From Halarcobacter sp. (GTDB lineage Bacteria; Campylobacterota; Campylobacteria; Campylobacterales; Arcobacteraceae), in contig OY781089.1 in NCBI GenBank assembly GCA_963676565.1, forward strand, positions 960,001-1,024,000: 64,000 bases of DNA. Reading direction: 5' to 3'. The translations under genes were made by a program, and so were the position numbers. Below the pieces are notes generated by a model. That model worked only from the letters and a program-made list of their open reading frames with translations. It searched no databases and was not told where the DNA came from. Numbering within the stretch: position 1 is the first letter of the stretch; the number at the start of each line of letters is the position of its first letter. Below, piece after piece: positions 19,883 through 30,266 of this stretch.

Positions 19883-20692
19883 ATGAATAAAGAACTGTAC
19901 AAGAAGATATTTCTTCCATTTATTGTTTTAGCAATTATAATCCAAATTTGGTCAACACTTGCAAATGTAGTGGAGGATTTTCCAACACCAAGTGATACGT
20001 ATGTTTATGCTTTTGGTGGTGTAACATCAGATGGAGAAGAACATGACGGTGTATTTTCAGATCCATTTTATATAGAAAATCAAGATGACAAAGGTATTTT
20101 TTGGCAAATCTTAGCATCTTTAGAAAGGGTATTTAGTGGATTTATTTTAGCTATTATAGTTGGTGTTCCAGTTGGACTTGCTGTAGGGATGAGCAAATCA
20201 TTTCAATATGCACTTGATCCATTTATTCAAATTTTTAAGCCAGTTTCGCCATTGGCTTGGCTTCCGTTATTACTTTTTGTATTTCAAGATATTGATACAA
20301 CGGCAATTTCAACTATATTTGTTACATCAATTTGGCCTATTATTATAAATACAGCACTTGGTGTAAAAAATGTAAATCAAGACTATTTAAATGTAGCGAA
20401 AGTATTACAGTTCACACCATTAGAAAAGATTACTAAAATCATTTTGCCTGTCGCAGTTCCATATATCTTTACAGGGATGAGATTATCTCTTGGAATTGCT
20501 TGGTTAGTTATTGTTGCTGCTGAGATGTTAACAGGTGGTATTGGTATTGGTTTTTGGATTTGGGATGAATACAATAACTTGGCATATCATAATATTATTA
20601 TTGGGATTATTACAGTTGGTGTAATTGGATTTATCCTTGATATTATTATGGGGTTTATCGCAGATTTCTTTGATTATAGAAAAAAGATGTAA
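19883..20692 (+). CDS. nrtB: Nitrate ABC transporter permease
   Basis: PVSPLAWLP, AWLVIVAAEM, GIGFWIWDEYN. Confidence 0.92.
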   Translation: MNKELYKKIFLPFIVLAIIIQIWSTLANVVEDFPTPSDTYVYAFGGVTSDGEEHDGVFSDPFYIENQDDKGIFWQILASLERVFSGFILAIIVGVPVGLAVGMSKSFQYALDPFIQIFKPVSPLAWLPLLLFVFQDIDTTAISTIFVTSIWPIIINTALGVKNVNQDYLNVAKVLQFTPLEKITKIILPVAVPYIFTGMRLSLGIAWLVIVAAEMLTGGIGIGFWIWDEYNNLAYHNIIIGIITVGVIGFILDIIMGFIADFFDYRKKM

Positions 20693-20706
20693 GGTAAAAA
20701 AATATT

Positions 20707-21504
20707 ATGAGTAAAAACAATTTTTTAGAATTAGAAAAAATAAGAAAAGCATTCCCCCTACCAGGAGGAAAAGAGTATGTTGCAGTTGTTGATGTAGACT
20801 TAAATATTAAGAAAAATGAAATAATTTCAATTATTGGTCATAGTGGTTGTGGTAAATCAACACTTCTTAATATGATTGCAGGTTTAGATATGCAAACAGA
20901 TGGTAATATTATTTTAAATAATAAAGAGATTAAAGGACCAGGACCAGAAAGAGCAGTTGTTTTTCAAAACCATTCTTTACTTCCTTGGTTAACTGTTTAT
21001 CAAAATATTGAAATGGCAGTAAAAAAAGTGATGCCTAATTTAAGTAAATCAGAGTTAAGGCAAAGAGTTGAAAAATTTGTTTCTATGGTGAACCTTGATC
21101 ATGCAAAAGATAAGTATCCTGGAGAGATTTCTGGGGGTATGAAACAAAGGGTTGGTATTGCTAGAGCTTTATCAATTAAACCTGAGGTCTTATTAATGGA
21201 TGAACCATTTGGTGCACTTGATTCTTTAACAAGGGCAAATCTACAAGAACACTTAATGAGGATTCAACAAAAGGTACAAAATACTGTAATTATTATTACC
21301 CATGATATTGATGAAGCAGTATTATTAAGTGACAGAGTTATTATGATGACAAATGGTCCTGAAGCAACTATTGGTGAGGTTTTAAATGTAAACTTAGAAA
21401 GACCAAGGGATAGAGTAGCTTTACAATCTGATCCTGAATATATTAGATGTAGAGAAGCAATATTAGATTTTTTATACAAAAAATTTGCAAAAGATGATGA
21501 ATAA
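20707..21504 (+). CDS. nrtD: Nitrate ABC transporter ATP-binding protein
   Basis: GHSGCGKS, ISGGMKQR, MDEPFGALD. Confidence 0.9.
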   Translation: MSKNNFLELEKIRKAFPLPGGKEYVAVVDVDLNIKKNEIISIIGHSGCGKSTLLNMIAGLDMQTDGNIILNNKEIKGPGPERAVVFQNHSLLPWLTVYQNIEMAVKKVMPNLSKSELRQRVEKFVSMVNLDHAKDKYPGEISGGMKQRVGIARALSIKPEVLLMDEPFGALDSLTRANLQEHLMRIQQKVQNTVIIITHDIDEAVLLSDRVIMMTNGPEATIGEVLNVNLERPRDRVALQSDPEYIRCREAILDFLYKKFAKDDE

Positions 21505-21521
21505 ACTGTTATAATCTTTTG

Positions 21522-22745
21522 ATGAATTTACCATATATAACAGACTATAATTTAATCCAAAAAATATTGAGCAACAAGGCTGTAGAAATCCATCTACAAC
21601 CTATTGTTTCAATTAGAACAAAATCGATTTTTGCCTATGAAAGTTTAACTAGATGTAAATTTGATGGCAAAATTATCCCTCCTCAAATTCTTTTTGAATT
21701 AGCAGACAAGGGGCACTTAAGTAGTCAACTAGATGAAATGACAAGACAATTATCAATTGAAAAGTTTTATCATTATTACAAAAACAATAACAAAGAACTT
21801 CTTTTTTTAAATGTTGAAGCAAATACAATAAATAACTTTGAGAAAGAAGAACTTGGTTTTATAAATTTAATAAAAAAATTAGACATCCCTTTTAAAAACT
21901 TTATTTTAGAGATAAAAGAGGATGAAATAGAAAATATAGAAGCTTTAGAAAAGTTTTGTAAATATTTTAAAGGTTTAGGTTTTGGAATTGCCCTAGATGA
22001 TTTTGGTACAGGTAACTCTAATTTTTACAGACTAAATGTAATCAGTCCAGATATTATAAAGATTGATAAATCTTTATTTACAGCATCATCAAAAAGAATT
22101 ATTAATAAAGAGATAGTTAAATCAATATCAAAAATGAGTCAAACTTTAGGAATAAAAGTATTAGCAGAGGGTGTTGAAGATTTTAATTCAATTTCTATGG
22201 CAATGAAAGCTGGAATAAACTTATTTCAAGGCTACTTCTTTAGCAAACCTAAAATCTCTTTTAACCATGAAGAGTTCTTAGAAATAATTGATTTGATTAA
22301 TAAAACAGGTAATGAATTTAAAGCTAAATCATTAAAAAATATTAAAAAGAAAAGAGAAACTGTATGGAAATTTGATCAACTTGCAATGGCTATGATAAGG
22401 GGAAACAAAACTATAGAAAATATATACATGTATCTAAATAGAAATTTTAAAAACTACGATGAAATTGAAGCAATATATATCATTGATGCATTAAGTTCAA
22501 AACAAGTTAATGACACAATTATTGATGAATCTATTAGTGGAATGTATAATATAACTAACGATGGTGATGAACATTATTTAAAAGAGTATTTTTATATAAC
22601 AATGGAATCTAAAAAAGGGATTTATTTAAGTAATAGATATGTTTCTTTTGCAACTGGAAATGTATGTAAAACCTTTGCAAAGAAGTTTGATTTAAATGGT
22701 GTAAGTTATATTTTGTGTTTGGATATTATTATAGAAAAAAACTAG
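21522..22745 (+). CDS. EAL-domain c-di-GMP phosphodiesterase with C-terminal (YkuI_C-like) domain
   Basis: QPIV, ESL, DDFGTG, IKIDK, AEGVE, QGYFF. Confidence 0.88.
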   Translation: MNLPYITDYNLIQKILSNKAVEIHLQPIVSIRTKSIFAYESLTRCKFDGKIIPPQILFELADKGHLSSQLDEMTRQLSIEKFYHYYKNNNKELLFLNVEANTINNFEKEELGFINLIKKLDIPFKNFILEIKEDEIENIEALEKFCKYFKGLGFGIALDDFGTGNSNFYRLNVISPDIIKIDKSLFTASSKRIINKEIVKSISKMSQTLGIKVLAEGVEDFNSISMAMKAGINLFQGYFFSKPKISFNHEEFLEIIDLINKTGNEFKAKSLKNIKKKRETVWKFDQLAMAMIRGNKTIENIYMYLNRNFKNYDEIEAIYIIDALSSKQVNDTIIDESISGMYNITNDGDEHYLKEYFYITMESKKGIYLSNRYVSFATGNVCKTFAKKFDLNGVSYILCLDIIIEKN

Positions 22746-22777
22746 ATATTTAAACCCTATAAAAAAGGTTTAAATAT
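22746..22777. terminator. Bidirectional terminator hairpin
   Basis: ATATTTAAACC-N10-GGTTTAAATAT between convergent genes. Confidence 0.7.
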
Positions 22778-22790
22778 TTTTGTTGATGTT

Positions 22791-23762
22791 TTATTTTAAG
22801 ATGATATACTCATCATCATAATAGATTGTGTCACCTAAAGCGATAACTTTTCTTTCATTATCAAATCCAAAATCATAAATTGTATCAGATTTAAAATCAT
22901 CAGAGATATTAATTAAATATCCTTGAGATTCTAAAGCATAAAGTGAAGTTCCATATGCAAGCGCATAAATTTTTGCATATTTATATTTTTTTCTTTGAAT
23001 GATATTTAGTGAAATATCGGTTTTAATAATTTGTCCATCAATAGTAGCTATGTATATGTAGTCATCATGGGTAATAATATCTCTAACATTGTAATTTTTT
23101 AAGTTTAAAACTCCATCACCAACAGAGATAACTTTATTTGCTGTTGCTGCAACTAAAGTATCATTGATTACATCTAAAAATGTAATATTGTTAAATTGTC
23201 CATCAGGATCAACAACAATATTTTTTACAATCTTATTTGTAGAAGATACAACAATAATTCTACCATCTAAAGTCGGGAATAAAACAATATTACTCATAAA
23301 ATATGGATTTGCAATTCTTGTATCATTTACAAAAGAGTGGTTAAAATACTCTTTTAATAAAGTTTTATCTTCAGCTAAGTCTCTTAATTCAATTGAATTA
23401 TCAGAATATAATAAAGCTAATTTATTATCTTTTAATGATGCTGCAACAACAACTCCACTTACTTCAATCTCTTGTTTATCAACTAAAACTTTATCTTTGT
23501 AATTTGAAGAGATAACTTTATCATCACTAATATTTAAAAAATTATAACCTTCAGGAATTTTAAATTTTGATAAACCTCTTTTTGTAATTATTTCACCATT
23601 ATCTAAAGTTGCACCATCTTTGTTCATTGATGTAATTTCAGCACTTAGATTTGCTTTTGTATTATCATAACTACCAATAGTATCTTCTGGTTCAAAATGC
23701 TCTTTTGTTGCACAACCAGCTAGGATAAATACTAAACTTACAAATAGTAATAGGTTTTTCAT
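22791..23762 (-). CDS. Lipoprotein with beta-propeller-like repeats
   Basis: Lipobox LAG/C; blade-like repeats such as IYIATIDGQI and VLFPTLDGRI. Confidence 0.7.
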   Translation of the reverse strand: MKNLLLFVSLVFILAGCATKEHFEPEDTIGSYDNTKANLSAEITSMNKDGATLDNGEIITKRGLSKFKIPEGYNFLNISDDKVISSNYKDKVLVDKQEIEVSGVVVAASLKDNKLALLYSDNSIELRDLAEDKTLLKEYFNHSFVNDTRIANPYFMSNIVLFPTLDGRIIVVSSTNKIVKNIVVDPDGQFNNITFLDVINDTLVAATANKVISVGDGVLNLKNYNVRDIITHDDYIYIATIDGQIIKTDISLNIIQRKKYKYAKIYALAYGTSLYALESQGYLINISDDFKSDTIYDFGFDNERKVIALGDTIYYDDEYIILK

Positions 23763-23771
23763 CTTTTTTCC

Positions 23772-24353
23772 TTATTTTGTTACTAAATAATGTTTTAAAA
23801 CATTAACTAAATCATTAACTTTTGAATCTGCAGGAATCAATTGTAATGTTGCCTTTGCATCTTCATATTTCCCTTCGTTTGTTTGAATTAGTGCTTTATT
23901 AAAAATTGCAAACTCTTTTAAAAGGAAGTCATTGTTCATTGAAAGTTTGTTTAATTCTTCAATATTTTTATCACTTAATGCTTTTTGATAAGTTGTTAGT
24001 TCTTTTAAAAATTTAACTTGAATATCTGCAGTCGTCCCATCTTTTGAAGCTTGTATGAATTTTGCAACTTGAAAAAGTTGTTCATTTTTCTCTTTTAATA
24101 AATCAAGTGCTACTTTATCATTAGGGTTTTCTAAGACCTTATTGAAGGCAATATTTGCTTCAAGTTTAGTTTGTTGTTGAAAATAATTAGATACATAATA
24201 CCCAATAGTCCCACCTACTATAACTACAACCGCAGCAATAATAATAAGTTTATATTTTTTGTAAAATCTTTCTAGTTTTACAAAACCTTCTAAAAATTTT
24301 TCTTCACTATTTAACTCTTCTTTAACGAAATCAACATTGTCTTTTATGCTCAT
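23772..24353 (-). CDS. YfgM-like single-TM TPR protein
   Basis: Acidic N-terminus, one TM helix, helical TPR-like C-terminus (GKYEDAKATL). Confidence 0.7.
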   Translation of the reverse strand: MSIKDNVDFVKEELNSEEKFLEGFVKLERFYKKYKLIIIAAVVVIVGGTIGYYVSNYFQQQTKLEANIAFNKVLENPNDKVALDLLKEKNEQLFQVAKFIQASKDGTTADIQVKFLKELTTYQKALSDKNIEELNKLSMNNDFLLKEFAIFNKALIQTNEGKYEDAKATLQLIPADSKVNDLVNVLKHYLVTK

Positions 24354-24469
24354 TTAAAACCTCTTCTAAAAATTAAGTGTAAATAATACAAAAAAATTTA
24401 TAAAACCTTACTTTTATGTATTTTTGATATAATACAAACTCTTATAAATAACACATATAAAGGTGAATA

Positions 24470-25774
24470 ATGAAAAAGTTTTTTTTAGTATCTTCATTTT
24501 TACTAATCATCTCACAATCAATAATCGCAAAAGAACAAGTACAAGAGGAAGAATCGGGTCAAACAAGATTTGAATCACTTTCGAAATTAACTCAAGTTAT
24601 AGGAACTGTTGAAAAATATTATGTAGATGACATAAAGCTTGAAGAGATAGTAAATAAAGCACTAAAAGGTTTAATGCAAGAGCTTGATGCCCATTCAACT
24701 TATCTTGATAGAAAATCTTCAAAAGAGATGAGTATTCAAACACAAGGTGAATTTGGTGGTTTAGGAATTACTGTTGGTATGAGGGATGCTGCATTAACTG
24801 TTATCTCTCCAATTGATGATACTCCAGCGTATGAAGCAGGTGTTAAGGCAGGGGATATTATTTTAAAAATTGATGATAAATCAACTTTAAATATGACTTT
24901 AGATGAAGCGGTTTCTTTAATGAGAGGAAAACCAAAAACTCCTATTGTTTTGACAGTTGTTAGAAAAGGTGAAAATAAACCAATTAAAATCGATATCATC
25001 AGAGATATTATCAAAATACAATCAGTTTTTGCTAAAACAATTGAAAATGAAGATTTATTATATTTAAGGGTTTCAAGTTTTGATAGAAAAGTAACTGACA
25101 GTTTGAAAAAAGAGATTAAAAATAGACCAAACGCAAAGGGTATTATCTTAGACCTAAGAAATAATCCAGGTGGACTTTTAACTCAAGCAATTGGCGTAAC
25201 TGATCTTTTTGTTGATAATGGAGTTATTGTTTCACAAAAAGGTAGAGACATTGGTGATGAGGAAAAATTTACTGCAAAACCTATAAATACTGTTACTAAT
25301 ATTCCATTAGTTGTATTGGTTAATGGTGGTTCAGCATCAGCTTCAGAGATTGTTAGTGGTGCTTTACAAGATCATAAAAGAGCAATTATTATTGGTGAAA
25401 AAACTTTTGGTAAAGGTTCTGTTCAAGCAATTTTACCAATTACACAAGATAGAAAAGAGAATATTAAATTAACTATTGCAAAATATTACTTACCAAGTGG
25501 AAGAACTATTCAAGCAACAGGGATTACTCCAGATGTAATTTCATATGCAGGTGAAGCGGTAAAAGAGAGTGATAGTGAATTTAAAATTAAAGAAGCTGAC
25601 CTTAAAAAACACCTTGAAGAAGAGCTTGAAAAAGACAATGGTGGGAAAAAAGTAAAAAAAGAGAAAGAAAAAGTTTCTAGTAAAAAAGTTATATCTGCAG
25701 AAGATGTACTTAAAGATAATCAATTAAATACTGCAATAGGTATTTTAAAATCATTAATTATTGTTAATAAATAA
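24470..25774 (+). CDS. ctpA: C-terminal processing protease (S41)
   Basis: PDZ GGLGI, DLRNNPGG, SASASEI, FGKGSVQ. Confidence 0.95.
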   Translation: MKKFFLVSSFLLIISQSIIAKEQVQEEESGQTRFESLSKLTQVIGTVEKYYVDDIKLEEIVNKALKGLMQELDAHSTYLDRKSSKEMSIQTQGEFGGLGITVGMRDAALTVISPIDDTPAYEAGVKAGDIILKIDDKSTLNMTLDEAVSLMRGKPKTPIVLTVVRKGENKPIKIDIIRDIIKIQSVFAKTIENEDLLYLRVSSFDRKVTDSLKKEIKNRPNAKGIILDLRNNPGGLLTQAIGVTDLFVDNGVIVSQKGRDIGDEEKFTAKPINTVTNIPLVVLVNGGSASASEIVSGALQDHKRAIIIGEKTFGKGSVQAILPITQDRKENIKLTIAKYYLPSGRTIQATGITPDVISYAGEAVKESDSEFKIKEADLKKHLEEELEKDNGGKKVKKEKEKVSSKKVISAEDVLKDNQLNTAIGILKSLIIVNK

Positions 25775-25788
25775 AATCAGGAGAATAA

Positions 25789-26742
25789 ATGAACATTAGT
25801 GATATTGTTGCACTTGGACTTTGGCCAGAGTCAAAGAAAACTACGACGCAAAAAGGTATAAATGAACTTGAAGAATTAGGTTACAACCTATTTTATATTG
25901 GTAAAAATGCAGACCTATATACTTGTCCAGGTGATGAAGCAAAGGTATTATTAGTTAGAAGTGACAGATGTTCTGTTTTCGATATCCCTTTAAATCTTGA
26001 GATTGAGGGGAAAGGTGTTTCTCAAACAGCTATTTCAAACAATGGTGCAGCATTTGCTAAAGAAGCAGGAATAAGAACAGCAATTTTAGATGAAAAAGTT
26101 GACCAATCTTTAGAAGTTGCACCAAGATGTCAATTTATGGAATTATGTAAACCATTAGAAGCTGAAATTGATGGGGATGTGGTTCAATTCGAATTTATTT
26201 TTAGAAACTACTTAACAGGATCACTTTTTGATGCTTGTCAAAATGGTATTGATCCATATGGTTTAGAATTATCATCTGATTTAGAACAATGGCATAAATT
26301 TGAAACTCCAATTTTTACTCCAACAACAAAAGGTATTAAAGATGTACCTTTAAATTCTCAAGTTGTAAGGGAAAAATTTCCAGAGATTATTTCAAGTATG
26401 GAAAATCTATTTAAAAGTTTTACACAATTTGCCCTTGACAATGGAATTGTAATTGTTGACACAAAATTTGAAATTTTCATAAATTCAAAAGGGGAATGGG
26501 TTTTAGGTGATGAAGTATTAACACCTGAAAGTTCTAGATTTATTTCAAAAGAGGATTTTGATGCAGGTAATTATATCTCTATGGATAAACAAATCTTAAG
26601 GGATTTTGGAAAAGCACAAAACTGGAAAGAACAAGCTAAAAGTTTAAAAGCTGGAGAAAAATTAGAGGTTAATGTACCACAAGAGATTAAAGATAAAATC
26701 TTGAGTGGATATACAACTATTTTAAATAGATTAAGCAAATAA
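25789..26742 (+). CDS. purC: SAICAR synthetase, long type
   Basis: SDRCSVFD, FTPTTK, DTKFE, DEVLTPESSRF; lies upstream of purS/purQ. Confidence 0.9.
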   Translation: MNISDIVALGLWPESKKTTTQKGINELEELGYNLFYIGKNADLYTCPGDEAKVLLVRSDRCSVFDIPLNLEIEGKGVSQTAISNNGAAFAKEAGIRTAILDEKVDQSLEVAPRCQFMELCKPLEAEIDGDVVQFEFIFRNYLTGSLFDACQNGIDPYGLELSSDLEQWHKFETPIFTPTTKGIKDVPLNSQVVREKFPEIISSMENLFKSFTQFALDNGIVIVDTKFEIFINSKGEWVLGDEVLTPESSRFISKEDFDAGNYISMDKQILRDFGKAQNWKEQAKSLKAGEKLEVNVPQEIKDKILSGYTTILNRLSK

Positions 26743-26809
26743 ATTGGCAAATAAAACTACTAAGGCAGTTTTAGATATAATCCCAAAAAAATTAAATTGA
26801 AGGTAATAA

Positions 26810-27055
26810 ATGAAAGCAATTGTAAATGTAGCACTTAAGCAGGGAGTTTTAGACGACCAAGGTAAAGCAACTCATCATGCTTTAGATACTTTAGGATTTA
26901 AAGAAGTTGTAAAAGACGTAAGAATTGGTAAACAAATCATTATGGAACTTAACTCTTCAAATGAAGAAGATGCTAGAGCAGAAGTTGTAAAAATGTGCGA
27001 AAAACTTTTGGCAAATACTGTTATTGAAGATTATGATATCGAAATTGTAGGTTAA
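26810..27055 (+). CDS. purS: FGAM synthase subunit PurS
   Basis: VLDDQG, VRIGK, LLANTVIEDY. Confidence 0.96.
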   Translation: MKAIVNVALKQGVLDDQGKATHHALDTLGFKEVVKDVRIGKQIIMELNSSNEEDARAEVVKMCEKLLANTVIEDYDIEIVG

Positions 27056-27059
27056 TATT

Positions 27060-27731
27060 ATGAATGTTACTGTACTACAATTTCCAGGTACTAACTGTGA
27101 GTATGATACGAAATATGCTTTTGAAAAACTTGGATGTGAAGTAAAAATTTTATGGCATAAAGAAACAAAACTTCCTGAAGATACAGAGTTACTAGTTATC
27201 CCTGGTGGATTTTCTTATGGAGATTATTTAAGATCAGGGGCAATTGCTAGATTTGCAAATATAATGGATTCAGTTCAAGAATATGCTGCAAAAGGTGGGA
27301 AAGTATTAGGTATTTGTAATGGTTTTCAAATTCTTCTAGAAGCTGGATTATTACCTGGTGCTATGAAAAGAAATGATTCTTTACATTTTATCTCTAAATT
27401 TAATCATCTAAAAGTTATTAATAATGATAATATCTTTTTATCAAGATTAAAACTTGATGAAGTTGTTAATATCCCAGTTGCACACCATGATGGTAACTAT
27501 TTTATTGATGATAAGGGTTTAAAAGAACTTGAAGAAAATGGTCAAATTTTATTAAAATATTGTGATGAAAATGGTGAGGTTAAAAACCTAAATGGTTCAG
27601 TTTCTCAAATTGCAGGTATTTGTAATAAAGAGAAAAATGTATTTGGATTAATGCCACATCCAGAAAGAGCGATTGAAGACCTACTTGGTTGTGATGATGG
27701 TGTTATTATGTTAAAAGGGTTTTTGAAATAG
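27060..27731 (+). CDS. purQ: FGAM synthase glutaminase subunit
   Basis: PGGFSYGDYLR, GICNGFQ, MPHPER. Confidence 0.97.
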   Translation: MNVTVLQFPGTNCEYDTKYAFEKLGCEVKILWHKETKLPEDTELLVIPGGFSYGDYLRSGAIARFANIMDSVQEYAAKGGKVLGICNGFQILLEAGLLPGAMKRNDSLHFISKFNHLKVINNDNIFLSRLKLDEVVNIPVAHHDGNYFIDDKGLKELEENGQILLKYCDENGEVKNLNGSVSQIAGICNKEKNVFGLMPHPERAIEDLLGCDDGVIMLKGFLK

Positions 27732-28879
27732 TGAAAAGGCTAATTGCACTATTTTTAATATTTTTATCTATATTTGCCTTTGCAAATGAACTTACAAATG
27801 AAGAGGCTTCAGCTTTTGGTGATCAAACTCAACCAAAAGCTCAAAGCTATTCAGGCACAACTTTTACAAAAAATTTATATTTATCATATTTAACTTACCC
27901 AAATCATGTTTTTAGAAATCAAAGATTTGCAGTTGAAATAAAAGCATTAATTACAAGAAAAAATTTCACTTCGATACAAACAGTTTTTTTAAATGAAAAT
28001 GGCATTACTCCTTCTAACCCAAAAGAGACTTGGAAAAAAGTAGAGGCAGAAGATAATACATATACGAATAAATTCTATTTTAAGGCAAAAAATTCAAATT
28101 TTATAATGCCGACAATAGAAGTTAGACTATACAATGGTAATAGTTTAGTAGAGTCTAGACAAATTACAGGAAAAGAAGTAGGTTTTTCTGATATTGCAAA
28201 AAGTGATGAACGATTTACAAATGTAATCGCCTCACAATTAACATTAATTGGTACAAAAACAAAACAATATAATAATAAACAAGCTTTAACAATCATTGAT
28301 ATAAATGCAAAAAATTCAAATTTGGAAGATTTTAGTCTTAAGGGATTTGAAGAACAAGGGATTACAGTTTTTGAAGAAAACTTGCCCGAGCAACATATTA
28401 TATATAATGTAACTATTCCTATCCATAAAAAAAACATCATCTTTAACTATTACAACACAACAAAAAATCAATTTGAAAAAGTTGTAGTCCCAATTACATT
28501 TGATGAAGAGTTAGTTAGTACTCAAACAGATTTAAATCCTAATAATTCAAGTTTTGAATTTTATAAAAAAATTGCAATGGGTGTTTTATCCCTTGTATTA
28601 TTAATACTATTTATTTGGAAAAGAAAATATTATATCTTAATACCTTTTTTAATTTCACTTGCAATTTTTATTTTATTTGCAATGCCAAATAAAACAATTA
28701 CATTAAAAGAAAATACTGTTATTTATATTCTTCCTACTAAAAACTCTACAATATTTCAAAAAGTAGAAAAAGAGTCTATAGTTGAAGAGATGAAAAGAAA
28801 GAATGGTTTTATTAAAATTATGTTTGGTAGTGGAAATTATATTGGATGGGTAAAAGAAGAAGATGTTAGCACAAATTAG
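27731..28879 (+). CDS. Conserved exported/membrane protein with C-terminal SH3-like domain
   Basis: Signal peptide, 2 TMs near the C-terminus, YIGWV ending; sits between purQ and plsC as in Campylobacter. Confidence 0.7.
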   Translation: MKRLIALFLIFLSIFAFANELTNEEASAFGDQTQPKAQSYSGTTFTKNLYLSYLTYPNHVFRNQRFAVEIKALITRKNFTSIQTVFLNENGITPSNPKETWKKVEAEDNTYTNKFYFKAKNSNFIMPTIEVRLYNGNSLVESRQITGKEVGFSDIAKSDERFTNVIASQLTLIGTKTKQYNNKQALTIIDINAKNSNLEDFSLKGFEEQGITVFEENLPEQHIIYNVTIPIHKKNIIFNYYNTTKNQFEKVVVPITFDEELVSTQTDLNPNNSSFEFYKKIAMGVLSLVLLILFIWKRKYYILIPFLISLAIFILFAMPNKTITLKENTVIYILPTKNSTIFQKVEKESIVEEMKRKNGFIKIMFGSGNYIGWVKEEDVSTN

Positions 28880-29543
28880 GGGTTTATTTGTATTAGTTCA
28901 GTTTTCTATAACTGTTGCAATTGTAATTGCTGCAATGTACACATTTAGAAATCATGTTCATAAAATCATCAAAATCTGGATGAAAGTCCAAATCTATTTA
29001 TTAGGAATAAAACTAGAACAGGTTGGGAAACTAGATGAATCATGTGATCTAGTTTTGATGAATCACCAAAGTTTACTTGATATTATTATAATGGAACACA
29101 TTCATCCAAAACATTTAGCTTGGGTTGCAAAAAAAGAGATCACTGATTTACCATTTTTTGGGCATATTATAAAAGGGCCTAAAATGATCTCAATTAATAG
29201 AGAAGACAAAGCTGGTATTATTCATCTAATTAAAGAGGTAAAAGATAGACTTGGACGAGGAAGACCTATTGCTATGTTTCCTGAAGGAACAAGATCAACT
29301 GGTAAAAAAATGTTTGATTTTAAACCAGGTGCAAAGATGATAGGAAATAAATTTAATCTAAAAATTCAGCCAGCAATAATTATAAATACAAGGGCAATTT
29401 TAGATTCTAAAAAACTGACACAAACTCCAGGTGTTGTAAAGGTGATTTATCTAGATCCAATTCAAGCAGATAGAAAAACTGATTGGTTTGAGCAAACAGA
29501 AAAGAATATGAAAGCTGTATTTGAAAAAGAGATGAATAAATAA
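28863..29543 (+). CDS. plsC: 1-acyl-sn-glycerol-3-phosphate acyltransferase
   Basis: NHQSLLD, FPEGTRS. Confidence 0.93.
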   Translation: MLAQIRGLFVLVQFSITVAIVIAAMYTFRNHVHKIIKIWMKVQIYLLGIKLEQVGKLDESCDLVLMNHQSLLDIIIMEHIHPKHLAWVAKKEITDLPFFGHIIKGPKMISINREDKAGIIHLIKEVKDRLGRGRPIAMFPEGTRSTGKKMFDFKPGAKMIGNKFNLKIQPAIIINTRAILDSKKLTQTPGVVKVIYLDPIQADRKTDWFEQTEKNMKAVFEKEMNK

Positions 29544-29929
29544 TGACTCTTTCTTGGCAAACTATATTAGCAATTGGTTTAGGTGGATTCTTAGGTGCAA
29601 TTGCTAGGGCTTATTCAGTACATATAACAAACAAATATGTAGGTTTAGAGTTTCCTCTTGGAGTACTAATTGTAAATATTTTAGGTAGTTTTATTATTGG
29701 TATTTTATTTGCTGTGTTTGCCCATTATACAATAAGTGATTCATTTAAAGCCTTTTTAACAACAGGTTTTTTAGGGGCCTTAACTACTTATTCAACTTTT
29801 GCAATTGAGAGTTTCTTTTTATTACAAACTTCTATATTCCTTGGATTAACAAATATGTTCTTAAATCTATTTGGAACAGTACTTGCCGCTGCGAGTGGAT
29901 ATAAGTTACTTCATTTTTTTCTGAAATAG
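29543..29929 (+). CDS. crcB: Fluoride channel Fluc
   Basis: GGFLGAIAR, TGFLGALTTYSTF. Confidence 0.95.
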   Translation: MTLSWQTILAIGLGGFLGAIARAYSVHITNKYVGLEFPLGVLIVNILGSFIIGILFAVFAHYTISDSFKAFLTTGFLGALTTYSTFAIESFFLLQTSIFLGLTNMFLNLFGTVLAAASGYKLLHFFLK

Positions 29930-30024
29930 TATTCACTTTAACTTAAAAAATTGATTTATATCATTTCATTTAAGCTTCAAAAAGATATAATAATCACTAA
30001 AAATTAGACAAGAAGGATTTAGAA

Positions 30025-30252
30025 ATGGGTATGCCTGGTGGTATGGAGTGGATATTAATCGCTCTAGTTGTATTACTATTATTTGGTGGAAAGAAAATTC
30101 CAGAATTAGCAAAAGGTTTAGGAAGTGGTATTAAAAACTTCAAAAAAGCTGTAAAAGATGATGAAGAAGTAGCTTCAACTGAAAAATCAGAAGAGATTGA
30201 GAAAAAAACTGAGGCTAAAAAAGAAGAGCCTGCTGAAAATAAAACTGTATAA
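30025..30252 (+). CDS. tatA: Twin-arginine translocase TatA
   Basis: [16 protein letters not shown]. Confidence 0.96.
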   Translation: MGMPGGMEWILIALVVLLLFGGKKIPELAKGLGSGIKNFKKAVKDDEEVASTEKSEEIEKKTEAKKEEPAENKTV

Positions 30253-30266
30253 TTTAAGAGACTAGA

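Noticed and set aside
29500..29545. Fluoride riboswitch before crcB
   Set aside because: crcB overlaps the plsC stop, so there is no leader space.
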